Source of the DNA: an uncultured delta proteobacterium
Lineage (GTDB): Bacteria > Desulfobacterota > Binatia > UBA9968
DNA length: 64,000 nt
Direction of reading: 5' to 3'
NCBI GenBank assembly: GCA_963727625.1
Contig: CAVSHR010000006.1
Location: 292,782 to 356,781, forward strand
In this document: positions 52,626 to 62,225 of the stretch, piece by piece
Position numbering within the stretch: position 1 is the first letter of the stretch
How the letters are laid out: every line of letters begins with the position of its first letter
Program-made: the position numbers and the translations under genes
Notes under the pieces: model-generated
Told to the model about the DNA's origin: nothing
Seen by the model: only the letters and a program-made list of their open reading frames with translations
Database searches by the model: none

Positions 52626-53093
52626 TCAGTGGCCCTTCGGCGCAGGGGTCGAGGATTCTTGATTGAGCTTGCGCAACAGCGCCGACAGTTCTTTCTGTTC
52701 GGGGCTGTCGAGTGTGGAGAAAATTTGCGCGATGGTTTTTTCAAATAACGGTATCGTAGTCTTGTGCAGCCTCGCCCCTTTGTCGGTCAGCACGACATGG
52801 ACGACGCGACGGTCGTTTTCGTCGCGCCTGCGCAGAACCAGTTTTTTCTCTTCGAGACGATCAACGATTCCCGTGAGGTTGCTGACGGTGACCATCATCT
52901 TGGCGCCGATTTCGCCGAAGGGCAATCCGCCCGCATAGCCGATGGTCGCCAACACGTAAAACTGCGGTGGCGTAAGCCCGGCTTTAGCTAAATCGTCTTC
53001 CAGCTTTTTGTAAGACTGCAAACCAAAGCGGAGAAAACGAACCCAAAGACTGGTCGTGTAGGATGAAAAGAACGGTCGCTTAAAAACAGCCAC
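52626..53093 (-). CDS. MarR family transcriptional regulator
   Basis: GLTPPQFYVL, SNLTGIVDRLEEKKLV.R...DRR...V.LTDKG; start uncertain (53093 GTG or 53129 TTG). Confidence 0.92.
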   Translation of the reverse strand: MAVFKRPFFSSYTTSLWVRFLRFGLQSYKKLEDDLAKAGLTPPQFYVLATIGYAGGLPFGEIGAKMMVTVSNLTGIVDRLEEKKLVLRRRDENDRRVVHVVLTDKGARLHKTTIPLFEKTIAQIFSTLDSPEQKELSALLRKLNQESSTPAPKGH

Positions 53094-53245
53094 GATGCTT
53101 ACTCTAGTCACCCCGGGGTGAAAAAGCAACTTTGCTTGCGCCCCTTGCGGTTGTTTTGGAATGCGAGCGAAAACCCGCGTTGCAACGGTTTTGCCATAGT
53201 GTTAATCCGGCCTTAGCAAATCGCACCCTGCGACGCCAAGAATAT

Positions 53246-53980
53246 ATGCGGCTGTACATACTCGGTTGCGGCGATGCCTTCGGCAGCGGCGGCCGCCAAC
53301 AAAGCGCCTATTTGGTTCAAGCGAGCGACCGTCTATTTCTCTTGGATTGCGGCCCAACGGCGTTGCTGGCAATGAAACGTTACGGCTTTGACCCGCGGTT
53401 CCTCGACGCGATTCTATTGAGCCATCTGCACGGTGATCACTTTGGCGGCGTGCCGTTCTTTTTCATCGATGATACTTACCGAAAGCCGCGGCACAAGCCG
53501 TTAATTATCGCGGGGCCGCCGGGCACGGAGGATCGAATTCGCCAACTGTCCGGGATCATGTACGGCAGCGGGCGGACCCTGGCAGAAAATCCGCTGCATG
53601 TGTTCCAAGTGCTGAGGCCGGATGAATCGCAACAGGTCGCGGCCGTCGAAGTCTTTCCCTTTCGCGTGCCGCATCAGACCCATGATATCTCGTTCGGGTT
53701 TAAAATCGCGTATGAGGGCAAACGTATTCTTTTTTCCGGCGATTCGGCGTGGACCGAGCTTTTTATTGATCAAGCCCGCGGCGTGGATTTGTTTCTCTGC
53801 GAGTGTTCGTTTTACCGCGAACAACCCGGTATGCATGTCAATTACCAAGAATTGCGGGTGAATTTACCCCGCCTGGAATGCCGGCGAGTCGTGCTCACGC
53901 ATCTGGGTGAAGAGATGCTCGCGCGCAAGGATGAACTAGAATTAACCGTTGCGGAAGATGGGATGGTGATCGAGATTTGA
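53246..53980 (+). CDS. MBL-fold metallo-hydrolase (RNase Z-like subgroup)
   Basis: LGCGDAFGSGGR, LDCG, SHLHGDHFGG, FSGDS, LTHL. Confidence 0.9.
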   Translation: MRLYILGCGDAFGSGGRQQSAYLVQASDRLFLLDCGPTALLAMKRYGFDPRFLDAILLSHLHGDHFGGVPFFFIDDTYRKPRHKPLIIAGPPGTEDRIRQLSGIMYGSGRTLAENPLHVFQVLRPDESQQVAAVEVFPFRVPHQTHDISFGFKIAYEGKRILFSGDSAWTELFIDQARGVDLFLCECSFYREQPGMHVNYQELRVNLPRLECRRVVLTHLGEEMLARKDELELTVAEDGMVIEI

Positions 53981-54003
53981 CTTGCGCGAGAACTCGAGCG
54001 GCT

Positions 54004-55233
54004 TTAGCTTTGATCGCTCGGCTCCTGCCGCCAGGAATGTATGGGCAGGATCAAAGCGCGGTAACCGCTCTTGGTCAAAATTGCCTGCGCGGTTTCCTGA
54101 GCCGCGAGCAGTTCGGCGTAGGGGCCGACGCGCACGCGATACGCCGTTTCACCGGCACCGAGCGACGTTGTTTCGATGAACGCGTCGAAACCCTTAGCTG
54201 TAATTTGACGAGAGATCGATTCGGCGCGCTCCCGTTCCTGGAACGACCCCAATTGCAAAACGTAGCCCTCCGAAGCCTTGCCTGGATCGTTTTCTTGCGG
54301 CGCCCCGACCGCGGCCGGGGCCCGCTCCCCGCCTGCACCGACCTGCTGTTCGCTCGACGTGCCCCTGCCGCCCGGCAGTGACGCTTTTAAATTTTCATAG
54401 TTCTCGAAGCCGTATTCCAAGAGCCGCTTGGTGTCGCCCCACTGGTCGCGCGCGCCGAGAATCGCCACGATCAACGTCGTGCCGTTGCGCTGCACGGCGC
54501 CCACAAAACACTTCTGCGCGGCGTGGGTATAGCCGGTCTTGCCGCCGATGGCGCCGTCAAAATTCCACAGCAAGCGGTTATGATTACGCAGCGAAATACG
54601 CCGCGGCACGACTTTCTTTCGCACCACCGCGGTAGTATTCACCGAGCTGAACTTGGTTTGCACGATCTCGCGAAAAGTCGGGTTCTTCATCGCATAGCGA
54701 AAAAGAATCGCTAAATCTCTGGCGGTGGAATAATGATTCGGCGCCGTCAAGCCGTGCGGATTGGTAAAATGAGTGTTGATGGCGCCGATCTGATGCGCTT
54801 TCTTTGTCATCAGCTCGGCGAATCGCTCCACCGAGCCGCCGATGCCCTCGGCAAGCACCATGCTGGCGTCATTCGCCGAAGCCAGCATGATGCCGTAAAG
54901 CAACTCTTCGATCGGCACCGATTGCCCCGGGCGCAAGTAAAGCTTTGATGCTGGAACGCGGGTCGCTTCTTTCGAAACCGTGAGAGAATCGTGAAGATTG
55001 CGGCCGCTTTCTAAAGTCAAAATCGCGGTTACTACCTTGGTAGTACTCGCCGGCGGTAAACGTAGGTCGGGTTCCTTTTGATAGATAATTTTGCCCGTCG
55101 CCGCATCCATCAGCACTGCAGCGCGCGCCGTGAGATCCTCGTCGGGAGAGAAAGCCCAGGTCGAAGTTCCCAGAATTGTGATATAGAAAATGGCTAGAAC
55201 TAGGCTAACCGAAGTCGAATTGCGAAAGCGCAG
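54004..55233 (-). CDS. D-alanyl-D-alanine carboxypeptidase (S11) with C-terminal SPOR domain
   Basis: PPASTTK, SAND, NPHGL, GKTGYT; SPOR LQLGSF..YRVRVGPY; CTG start at 55233 inferred. Confidence 0.9.
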   Translation of the reverse strand: MRFRNSTSVSLVLAIFYITILGTSTWAFSPDEDLTARAAVLMDAATGKIIYQKEPDLRLPPASTTKVVTAILTLESGRNLHDSLTVSKEATRVPASKLYLRPGQSVPIEELLYGIMLASANDASMVLAEGIGGSVERFAELMTKKAHQIGAINTHFTNPHGLTAPNHYSTARDLAILFRYAMKNPTFREIVQTKFSSVNTTAVVRKKVVPRRISLRNHNRLLWNFDGAIGGKTGYTHAAQKCFVGAVQRNGTTLIVAILGARDQWGDTKRLLEYGFENYENLKASLPGGRGTSSEQQVGAGGERAPAAVGAPQENDPGKASEGYVLQLGSFQERERAESISRQITAKGFDAFIETTSLGAGETAYRVRVGPYAELLAAQETAQAILTKSGYRALILPIHSWRQEPSDQS

Positions 55234-55425
55234 TGTTGCTAACCTCCTGCCGCTAATCAGAATTTTCCGGCGGTCATGGGTTCCAAGCCCATTTCGCTAA
55301 CATTGAATAAAACTGATTTATATCTCGCTTGTAGCTTGAATACGACTCTTTCGCAAGCCAAATTAGCCCTTTTGAAAAGTCGCGGCCGAGGGCCCCTGGC
55401 AACGCTGCAAGCTTCGGAAAACTCT

Positions 55426-55605
55426 CTATTTTTTTACTGGGGTTACGCCATGTCGATTCAGCTCGCGGTCGGCGCCTTCGCTAACCCGCGCCTGCTCGCC
55501 CATCGCTTCCCGGCGAATCCGGTCTTGGCAGGCTTGGCAAATACCGCCCTTCAAAACCATTACCGCTTTGGCGCACACCATGCATTTTTTCGCGCTTTGG
55601 CTCAT
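55426..55605 (-). CDS. 59-aa CxxC...CxxC zinc-finger protein (not in the ORF track)
   Basis: MSQSAKKCMVCAKAVMVLKGGICQACQDRIRREAMGEQARVSEGADRELNRHGVTPVKK; AAGGAG RBS upstream. Confidence 0.75.
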   Translation of the reverse strand: MSQSAKKCMVCAKAVMVLKGGICQACQDRIRREAMGEQARVSEGADRELNRHGVTPVKK

Positions 55606-55637
55606 GCCGATTCGGTACTCCTTGCTGTGAGTAGGAA

Positions 55638-56165
55638 TTAGTTGACGACCTTAATCTGCTTGGGATGTTCGAGGATAATTTCCAAGCCGTATTGTGGATG
55701 ATCCTTGACCAAGCCGACAATTTCCACTTCGCGATTCTCAAACTGCTTTAGCGACTGGTTATTCTTTTCGAAAAGTTCCACTACGGAACTGAAAATTACC
55801 GCGGTAAGAGACTCGCGTGAAGGGCCAAAGTTGAGAAAGTAGGTGTTGCTCTTGGCGGCATGGCCGACGCGGAAAACCCGGCCGTAAACACGTGCCTGCC
55901 GACCGGTTAAGGAGCGGATCTTTTCGACGTCTCGCGCGACGATTTTTTCAAGTTCTTTCGCTTTCTCGCCATCGGTGGGTTTGGCAGACAGAGGTACGAA
56001 ACTTACCCGGTAGCTTTGCGATTCAGCGCCGACCGGTATCCCGCTAGTCGGTTCGGACCTTTCCGAAACCGCCGGGTTCCAACGTTGGTAAAGCACATGG
56101 GCGAATACGCCGGCTAAAAACGCGACTGAAATCGCCATCGCTCGACCGGTGGAAATTCGCATCAC
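55638..56165 (-). CDS. Membrane-anchored OB-fold protein
   Basis: N-terminal TM; VYGRVFRV...TYFLNFG...LTAVIF..EVEIVGLV..YGLEIILEHP.QI. Confidence 0.75.
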   Translation of the reverse strand: MMRISTGRAMAISVAFLAGVFAHVLYQRWNPAVSERSEPTSGIPVGAESQSYRVSFVPLSAKPTDGEKAKELEKIVARDVEKIRSLTGRQARVYGRVFRVGHAAKSNTYFLNFGPSRESLTAVIFSSVVELFEKNNQSLKQFENREVEIVGLVKDHPQYGLEIILEHPKQIKVVN

Positions 56166-56704
56166 TGCTTACGCTCCCATAAGCGCAAGAAGGCTTGGCG
56201 ATATGCCTCAGCCAAGGGGCCCGCATCGCGAAATATCAGCAGGTTTTCATCATTGCGGTTGTCAGCCGAACGGGTCCAATTGTAAGAGCCGGTGAAAACA
56301 ATACGGCGATCGATCACCGCGAATTTTTGGTGCATCAACCCCGGTTCTTTCTTGACCCTTTGCGTCGGGGCAGCGGAGACGCGCCGCAGGGGAATTTTCT
56401 GCGCGTCGAGAAACTTGCCCTTGGAATTGTCGTTAGCCCGGTCAAATTCCCGATCGATGACAACTTGGACGACCACGCCGCGCTTTTTTGCTTGCACCAG
56501 AGCACCGGCCAAGTCATCGCTGGTGAAAGCATAGACGGCGACGAGTAACTCCTCCTTGGCCATTTCGATTTCGCGCAATATATGCGCCGAGCACTTTCCT
56601 TGCGGACTGAAACAAGCCTGGACGACTATTTCTGCGCCCGCTTTGACATCGAGTAGAAGAAAACTAAAAAAAACCGCTCCGGCAAAGAGCGTCGCCCGAC
56701 TCAT
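56162..56704 (-). CDS. Phospholipase D family Nuc-like endonuclease, exported
   Basis: Signal peptide, FSP, AVYAFT, MHQKFAVID, TGSYNWT..A..RNDEN (single HKD); ATGA overlap with holA. Confidence 0.9.
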   Translation of the reverse strand: MSRATLFAGAVFFSFLLLDVKAGAEIVVQACFSPQGKCSAHILREIEMAKEELLVAVYAFTSDDLAGALVQAKKRGVVVQVVIDREFDRANDNSKGKFLDAQKIPLRRVSAAPTQRVKKEPGLMHQKFAVIDRRIVFTGSYNWTRSADNRNDENLLIFRDAGPLAEAYRQAFLRLWERKQ

Positions 56705-58068
56705 GATCCAATCCTCGCTCGCCGATGCCCGGTGTTTTTGCGTAAACCGAGGCACAATTCCAGAACCAGCTTTTCCATCACGATGCGCGGCTGGCTGCCG
56801 CTTGATTTAAGCCGTAGATCGACCTCGAATATACGCGCCATGAAAGCGCTCAGTTCCGCCAGTGAAAACCGTTCGGCCCGTTGGAAGCACATGTAATCGC
56901 CGTACGGGTTACGGGTCAGCAACGGCGCCCCGTGCTTTAATACCGATTGTTGAAACTGCGCGTAGGTCATACCGCGGCGCCACGACTTTGCCAAATCGGT
57001 CGCTAAAAGTTGTCGAGCCGAAAGCAAGCGGCGCACCTCGGCAGCGATAGTTCCTAAAATTTTCAACGGATGCTCCCCTTGGCCGATAAGCCGTGCCATT
57101 TGCAACAGCGCCGCCCGAGCATCGCGCTCACCGATGGCTTTGGTAAGATCGAAAATCCAGCCCTCGCCGCGATCGGCGACGATCAATTCCACATCCTCGG
57201 TCCGGATGGATTCCCGCTCGCCGACAAAAAGCAGCAGTTTTTCTAGTTCTTGCTGCACGCCGCGCAGGTCGTTGCCCGCCCGAGATAGGATCGCTTCTCT
57301 GGCCCGAGAATCGAGATTTTTTCCCGCCTGGCGCAGCCGCCGGCCGATGAAATCCAGCAACACTTCCTGGCTGATCTTGCCGCTACGATCGCGCTCCAAA
57401 CCGAGGTTGAAAACTGCGCCAAGCTCATCGAAGCGTTTGAACAGCCGGGTTCGCCGATCCACCTGAACCGCAGTGAGCAATAAAAAGCTCCATTCAGGCA
57501 GCCCTTTCTCCAACAACGCGTCCAGTCTGTGTCCCTCGGAGCTCTTGCGGACGGACAGCTCTATGGAGCGTGATCTGCAATAGGCAAACAGCGCCTCGGC
57601 GTCGCCCTGCGCATCGCCGCCAGGAGCGTCGAGCAGATCCAAGAATGGCCGCAAAGATCCGCCGTCAAGGCCGTTCCATTGCTCTTGCGTCCAACCCTCG
57701 ACGACCAACAAGTCGAGGAGTAGCTTGACGGCGTCTTCTCTCTTGCCGTCGCGCCACAGGTTGAGAATTTTTTCCCCCAGCTCGCCTTTTTGCTCCCGTG
57801 AGAAAAAATAGGGGGCGTTTTCCACCCACAGCAGTTTTTTTCCGGGGATAAAAGGCGGGGTCATCAACGATCCTTCGATTTGATCCCAACCGGCCGCGCG
57901 GGCATCGAAGCGCTCGAAGTTAAAACCGCGTTGTTCGGCGGGCACCAACGCATCAACAACGGCTTTGCAAGTCTCCGCCACCTGAAGATCGTCGCCGAAA
58001 ACCAGCAAGAGCCGGGGTCCCCGACCAGCCTTAATATCGCCCAGCAAAGTTTTTAAGTCGCGTTTCAC
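56701..58068 (-). CDS. holA: DNA polymerase III subunit delta (long form)
   Basis: LLLVFGDD, FNFERFD, TPPF, ELEKLLLF, IFDLTKAI, EHPLKIL, DLRLKSS. Confidence 0.85.
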   Translation of the reverse strand: MKRDLKTLLGDIKAGRGPRLLLVFGDDLQVAETCKAVVDALVPAEQRGFNFERFDARAAGWDQIEGSLMTPPFIPGKKLLWVENAPYFFSREQKGELGEKILNLWRDGKREDAVKLLLDLLVVEGWTQEQWNGLDGGSLRPFLDLLDAPGGDAQGDAEALFAYCRSRSIELSVRKSSEGHRLDALLEKGLPEWSFLLLTAVQVDRRTRLFKRFDELGAVFNLGLERDRSGKISQEVLLDFIGRRLRQAGKNLDSRAREAILSRAGNDLRGVQQELEKLLLFVGERESIRTEDVELIVADRGEGWIFDLTKAIGERDARAALLQMARLIGQGEHPLKILGTIAAEVRRLLSARQLLATDLAKSWRRGMTYAQFQQSVLKHGAPLLTRNPYGDYMCFQRAERFSLAELSAFMARIFEVDLRLKSSGSQPRIVMEKLVLELCLGLRKNTGHRRARIGS

Positions 58069-58176
58069 GGAACCTGAACTGATCCAGCAACCCAGGGCAA
58101 TGTTACATGCTCAGGCGCCGGCTCGGCGCCCAATCGCGGGTCGAACCAAGGGTGACCCAGCGCCGTCTTTGGTTTA

Positions 58177-58410
58177 TCAACGCTTCGACACCCACATCTG
58201 GCTTTTTTCATTCCAGACATAATCCGATTTCCAAACTTTTAAGCCGATCGTAAATTTGCCGCCGGACTTAGTGACAAAAATTTTCTCCATCGAATGCGGG
58301 ATTTCCGTCCGCGCGATGATCATGACCTTTTTTGAAATGCCCTTGTTGATGAGAATCCGGTCGCCCTCGCGCATAGTCGGGCGACTATCTTTTTTCCGCC
58401 TTGGGTTCAT
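58177..58410 (-). CDS. Small basic hypothetical protein
   Basis: 77-aa ORF filling an intergenic gap. Confidence 0.5.
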   Translation of the reverse strand: MNPRRKKDSRPTMREGDRILINKGISKKVMIIARTEIPHSMEKIFVTKSGGKFTIGLKVWKSDYVWNEKSQMWVSKR

Positions 58411-58588
58411 GGACCAAAGCTAGCATTGCCAAATTCGCCAGGCAAATTACTTTTTTCTCGGCGCTGCGCCGCAAAACGCACTGCCGTCGTCTAGAAAGTT
58501 AGAGAACAGCGGTCAACGACCGTTGCTTCGATCAACTTGACATTCCTCTAGCGCTCCGATAGCTGTCGCTGACATAAGCAAAACACCC

Positions 58589-59105
58589 ATGAATATTGAT
58601 GTCCATGCGCACTATGTTCCTGCGCAGAGCCTTAATATGGCCAGCGAGATCGGCGGCCGTCACGGCTTAAAGCTCGAAAAAAATGCGCGGGGACGCGACC
58701 TCGTCACAAGCAACGGCAGGACCTTTCTCAACCAACTCAAAGCCGAATTTTCCGATCTCGATCTGCGGCTTTCAATCATGGACCATCAGGGCGTGGACTT
58801 GCAGGTGTTGTCGGCCGCCAGCTGCTATTTTTTTTATTGGATGCCGGCCGACGAATCCCTCGAATACGCGCGCAGGCTCAACGATCAGCTGGCCAAAGCC
58901 GTGGCGAATCATCCCGGCCGGTTGGTTGCCTTGGCGTCCGTACCGATGCAGGATGGCGTTGGAATCTTTGGTCGAAAACTTCGGCGCTGAACAGGTATTG
59001 CCGGGCAGCGATTTCCCCTGCGACATGGGCGATTCCGAGCCGCTGGCGGCTTTGAGGGGCAACCCGCTTGAGCGGTGCGCGGATCGCCAACACCAACGCT
59101 TGTAA
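58589..59105 (+). pseudogene. Amidohydrolase-2 (ACMSD-like) pseudogene
   Basis: IDVHAH..MDHQGVDLQVLS..LASVPMQD, then a frameshift straight to the C-terminal FGAEQVLPGSDFPCDMG; central part deleted. Confidence 0.8.
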
Positions 59106-59157
59106 ACTCTTGCGAATCGGCATTTAGATATTGACAAACTTTTTCTTGGAGGCGTCC

Positions 59158-60102
59158 ATGCGACTTGTCACCTTCTCACGCAAAAACCAACAACGGCTCG
59201 GTATGATGGGACCCCAGGAGCAAATGATCGATCTCGCCGAGGTCAACCGGCGTTATCTGAAAGGCGGCAATGCGCCCTTCTTGACGAGCATGCAGGCTTT
59301 CATTGAAGGCGGGGCCAAGTCGCTCCAAGTCGCCCGCAAGGCGGAAAAATATGTCGCCGGCAAAACCGATGATCAGCAGAAAAAGCTGGTCAGCGCCGGC
59401 GCCTTGGTCAAACCCAGCCAGGCAAAAATCATCTCGCCGATCCCGCGGCCTAGAAAGAATTGCATCATGCTCGGCATCAACTACCGCGAGCATGTCGCTG
59501 AAGGCGCGCGCGCTCGTGAACTGGAGATCAAGTATCCCGAGTGGCCGGTCTTTTTCACCAAACCGTCGACCTCCGTGATCGGCCATCTCGGCAAAGTAAT
59601 CAATCATAAATGCACGACCAAACTCGATTGGGAGGTCGAGCTGGCCGTGGTCATAGGCAAAAAGGGTCGCGACATCCCCAAAGATAAAGCTTACGACTAT
59701 GTTTTCGGCTACACAGTGTGTCTCGATATGACCGCGCGCGAGCTGCAGCGCCAACATGGACAATGGTTCAAGGGCAAGTCCCTCGATACTTTTTGTCCGC
59801 TCGGCCCCTGGATCGTGCACAAGAGCGCGCTGCGTGACCCGCAGCAGGTTCGGCTGATCTGCCGGGTAAACGGCGAAGTCATGCAAGACGGCAATACCCG
59901 CGATATGATCTTCGACATTCCGACAACGATCGAAAGTTTGTCCGCCGGCATGACGCTTGAGCCCGGCGATATCATTAGCACCGGCACGCCTTCAGGCGTG
60001 GGGTTTGCCCGAGTGCCGCCGGTATTTCTCAAGCCCGGTGATAAAGTCGAAGGCGCAGTCGAAGGCATCGGCACGCTGGAAGTGGAAATCGTCGCGCCAT
60101 AA
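59158..60102 (+). CDS. Fumarylacetoacetate hydrolase family protein
   Basis: GINYREH, FFTKP, DWEVELAVVIG, GKSLDTFCPLGP, GDIISTGTPSGVG. Confidence 0.95.
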   Translation: MRLVTFSRKNQQRLGMMGPQEQMIDLAEVNRRYLKGGNAPFLTSMQAFIEGGAKSLQVARKAEKYVAGKTDDQQKKLVSAGALVKPSQAKIISPIPRPRKNCIMLGINYREHVAEGARARELEIKYPEWPVFFTKPSTSVIGHLGKVINHKCTTKLDWEVELAVVIGKKGRDIPKDKAYDYVFGYTVCLDMTARELQRQHGQWFKGKSLDTFCPLGPWIVHKSALRDPQQVRLICRVNGEVMQDGNTRDMIFDIPTTIESLSAGMTLEPGDIISTGTPSGVGFARVPPVFLKPGDKVEGAVEGIGTLEVEIVAP

Positions 60103-60121
60103 TGAACGATAGCGGCACCCC

Positions 60122-60967
60122 ATGACCTCTATCAGGACGGCTGCGGTGGCCGGGTCATTCTATCCAGCCGCTGCTCAAAAGCTTAACGCTTTACTCGACG
60201 ACTGCTTTCAAACGAGTCCTCTGGGGCCCCAAGGGGCAGGCAAGCCCAATCCAACGATCGTTGCGGGCATGGTGCCCCATGCCGGGCCGATCTTTTCAGG
60301 TCCCTGCGCGGCGCATTTTTACGCCCGAATTAACCCGGCGGTGCAGACCGTGATCCTGCTTGGCGTCAATCACAGCGCAAAGGGGCATAAGGCTGCGCTC
60401 AGTCCATGGCAGACCTGGCGAACTCCGCTGGGAGATGTTGCGGTCGACGATTCGCTGAGCGATTTTCTCCAAACGCGCGTCAAATTTCTCGCGCGCGACG
60501 CCCAGGCTCATGCTGAGGAGCATAGCATCGAGGTTCAATTGCCGTTTCTCCAGCGCGTGCTCGGTGCGTTCACGTTAGTGCCGATCTCGCTGTCTCATGT
60601 CTCGATCGAAGAATGCGCCGAGCTCGGCGCCGCCATCGCCGCTGCTTACCATGCTGGCGTGATCGCCGGCGTCAAATCGGTCATCTTAGCCAGCAGCGAT
60701 CTAAGCCATTATCTTTCACCCCAAAAGACTCTCCAACTCGACAGCATGGCCTTGGATCAAGTCTTGCGCCTCGACCCCAAGGGATTGCTTCAAGTCGTGG
60801 AAGAACTAGGCATCACCATGTGCGGTGTTCTACCGACGGCCGTGATGCTCTTTGCCGCGCTGGAGTTGGGAGTGCACCAAGCAAGCTTGCTCAAACATTG
60901 CCACTCCGGCGAAGTTAGGCCGATGCGCAAAGTGGTCGGCTATGCCAGTGTGGCGCTGGAATTCTGA
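60122..60967 (+). CDS. amrB: MEMO1 family / AmmeMemoRadiSam system protein B
   Basis: AVAGSFYP, VPHAG, WRTPLG, EHSIEVQLPFLQ, ASSDLSHY, MCG, VVGYA. Confidence 0.9.
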   Translation: MTSIRTAAVAGSFYPAAAQKLNALLDDCFQTSPLGPQGAGKPNPTIVAGMVPHAGPIFSGPCAAHFYARINPAVQTVILLGVNHSAKGHKAALSPWQTWRTPLGDVAVDDSLSDFLQTRVKFLARDAQAHAEEHSIEVQLPFLQRVLGAFTLVPISLSHVSIEECAELGAAIAAAYHAGVIAGVKSVILASSDLSHYLSPQKTLQLDSMALDQVLRLDPKGLLQVVEELGITMCGVLPTAVMLFAALELGVHQASLLKHCHSGEVRPMRKVVGYASVALEF

Positions 60968-61044
60968 CCCAGAGTGCAACTGCGGGATATTTCGGCCAAC
61001 GTGAATTTGACTTGCCGGTATCGCTCTGTTAAGGGTGCACTCGA

Positions 61045-61136
61045 AGCTAGGGGTGTCTGCCGGAGGCGGACTGAGAGCCTGACAAGACCAGGTAACCCTT
61101 CGAACCTGATCCGGGTCGCACCGGCGTAGGGAAGCG
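61045..61136 (+). promoter_or_regulatory. TPP riboswitch
   Basis: CTAGGGGTG...CTGAGA...ACCCTTCGAACCTGATCCGGGTCGCACCGGCGTAGGGAAG upstream of thiSGE. Confidence 0.95.
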
Positions 61137-61180
61137 TGAGAGTCAAAGTCCCTCTGATCAACAATCGCGGGGCAAACTTG

Positions 61181-61231
61181 AAACCGTATTCCCTGGCCAC
61201 TCTTGGTGGCTGTTGTGGATACGGTTTTTTT
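61181..61231 (+). terminator. Terminator/expression platform of the TPP riboswitch
   Basis: aaaccgtat...atacggttt stem followed by a T-run. Confidence 0.7.
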
Positions 61232-61239
61232 AATTATCC

Positions 61240-61440
61240 ATGAAGCTTAAAATCAACGGTGAAGAACAGGAAATCGCCGAGGGGCTGAGCCTCGCCGCAC
61301 TATTGGAGCAGTTACAAATACGTCCGGCTCGGGTCGTCGTGGAACGCAATCGTGACATCGTTGCGCGCGATGCTTATGCGACAACTTTGCTCGCCGCAGG
61401 CGACACCCTGGAAATTGTTCATTTTGTTGGCGGAGGATAA
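61240..61440 (+). CDS. thiS: Sulfur carrier protein ThiS
   Basis: 66 aa ending EIVHFVGGG. Confidence 0.95.
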   Translation: MKLKINGEEQEIAEGLSLAALLEQLQIRPARVVVERNRDIVARDAYATTLLAAGDTLEIVHFVGGG

Positions 61441-61442
61441 CC

Positions 61443-62216
61443 ATGGAAGACTTCTTACAAATCGCCGGAACGAATTATCGATCCCGCCTGATCGTGGGCA
61501 CTGGAAAATATAAGGATTTCACAGAAACCAAGAAAGCGATCGAAGCTTCGGGCGCCGAGATCGTCACCGTGGCCGTGCGCCGGGTCAACATAACCGACCC
61601 GAACAAGGAGAACCTGCTCGACTACCTAGATCCAAAAAAGTTTACGATCCTGCCCAACACAGCCGGCTGTTACAACGCCGATGATGCCGTACGCACCTGC
61701 CGTCTCGCGCGCGAAGCCGGCGTCGGCAAATTGGTCAAATTAGAAGTCATCGGCGACGACAAGACTCTTTTTCCCGATGTCCCGGCGACCCTGGAAGCCG
61801 CCAAGACTCTGGTCAAAGAAGGGTTCACCGTGCTGCCGTATATTACAGACGACCCGGTTTCTGCGAAAAAGCTTGAAGACATCGGCTGCGCCGCGGTCAT
61901 GCCGTTGGCGGCGCCGATCGGTTCCGGCCTCGGCATCCGCAATCCATACAACATTCGAATCATTTTGGAACATGCCAAGGTCCCAGTCATCGTTGACGCC
62001 GGCGTCGGTACGGCATCCGACGCTGCGATCGCTATGGAGATGGGCTGTCACGGTGTGCTCATGAATACCGCGATCGCCAGCGCCAAGAATCCGATCCTCA
62101 TGGCCGAAGCCATGCGGCTCGGCGTCGAGGCGGGCCGGAAAGCTTATCTGGCCGGGAGGATCCCCAAGAAACTTTATGCCACCGCTTCAAGCCCCCTCGA
62201 CGGGATTTTGAATTAG
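61443..62216 (+). CDS. thiG: Thiazole synthase
   Basis: [40 protein letters not shown]. Confidence 0.97.
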   Translation: MEDFLQIAGTNYRSRLIVGTGKYKDFTETKKAIEASGAEIVTVAVRRVNITDPNKENLLDYLDPKKFTILPNTAGCYNADDAVRTCRLAREAGVGKLVKLEVIGDDKTLFPDVPATLEAAKTLVKEGFTVLPYITDDPVSAKKLEDIGCAAVMPLAAPIGSGLGIRNPYNIRIILEHAKVPVIVDAGVGTASDAAIAMEMGCHGVLMNTAIASAKNPILMAEAMRLGVEAGRKAYLAGRIPKKLYATASSPLDGILN

Positions 62217-62225
62217 CAGCGCCAA

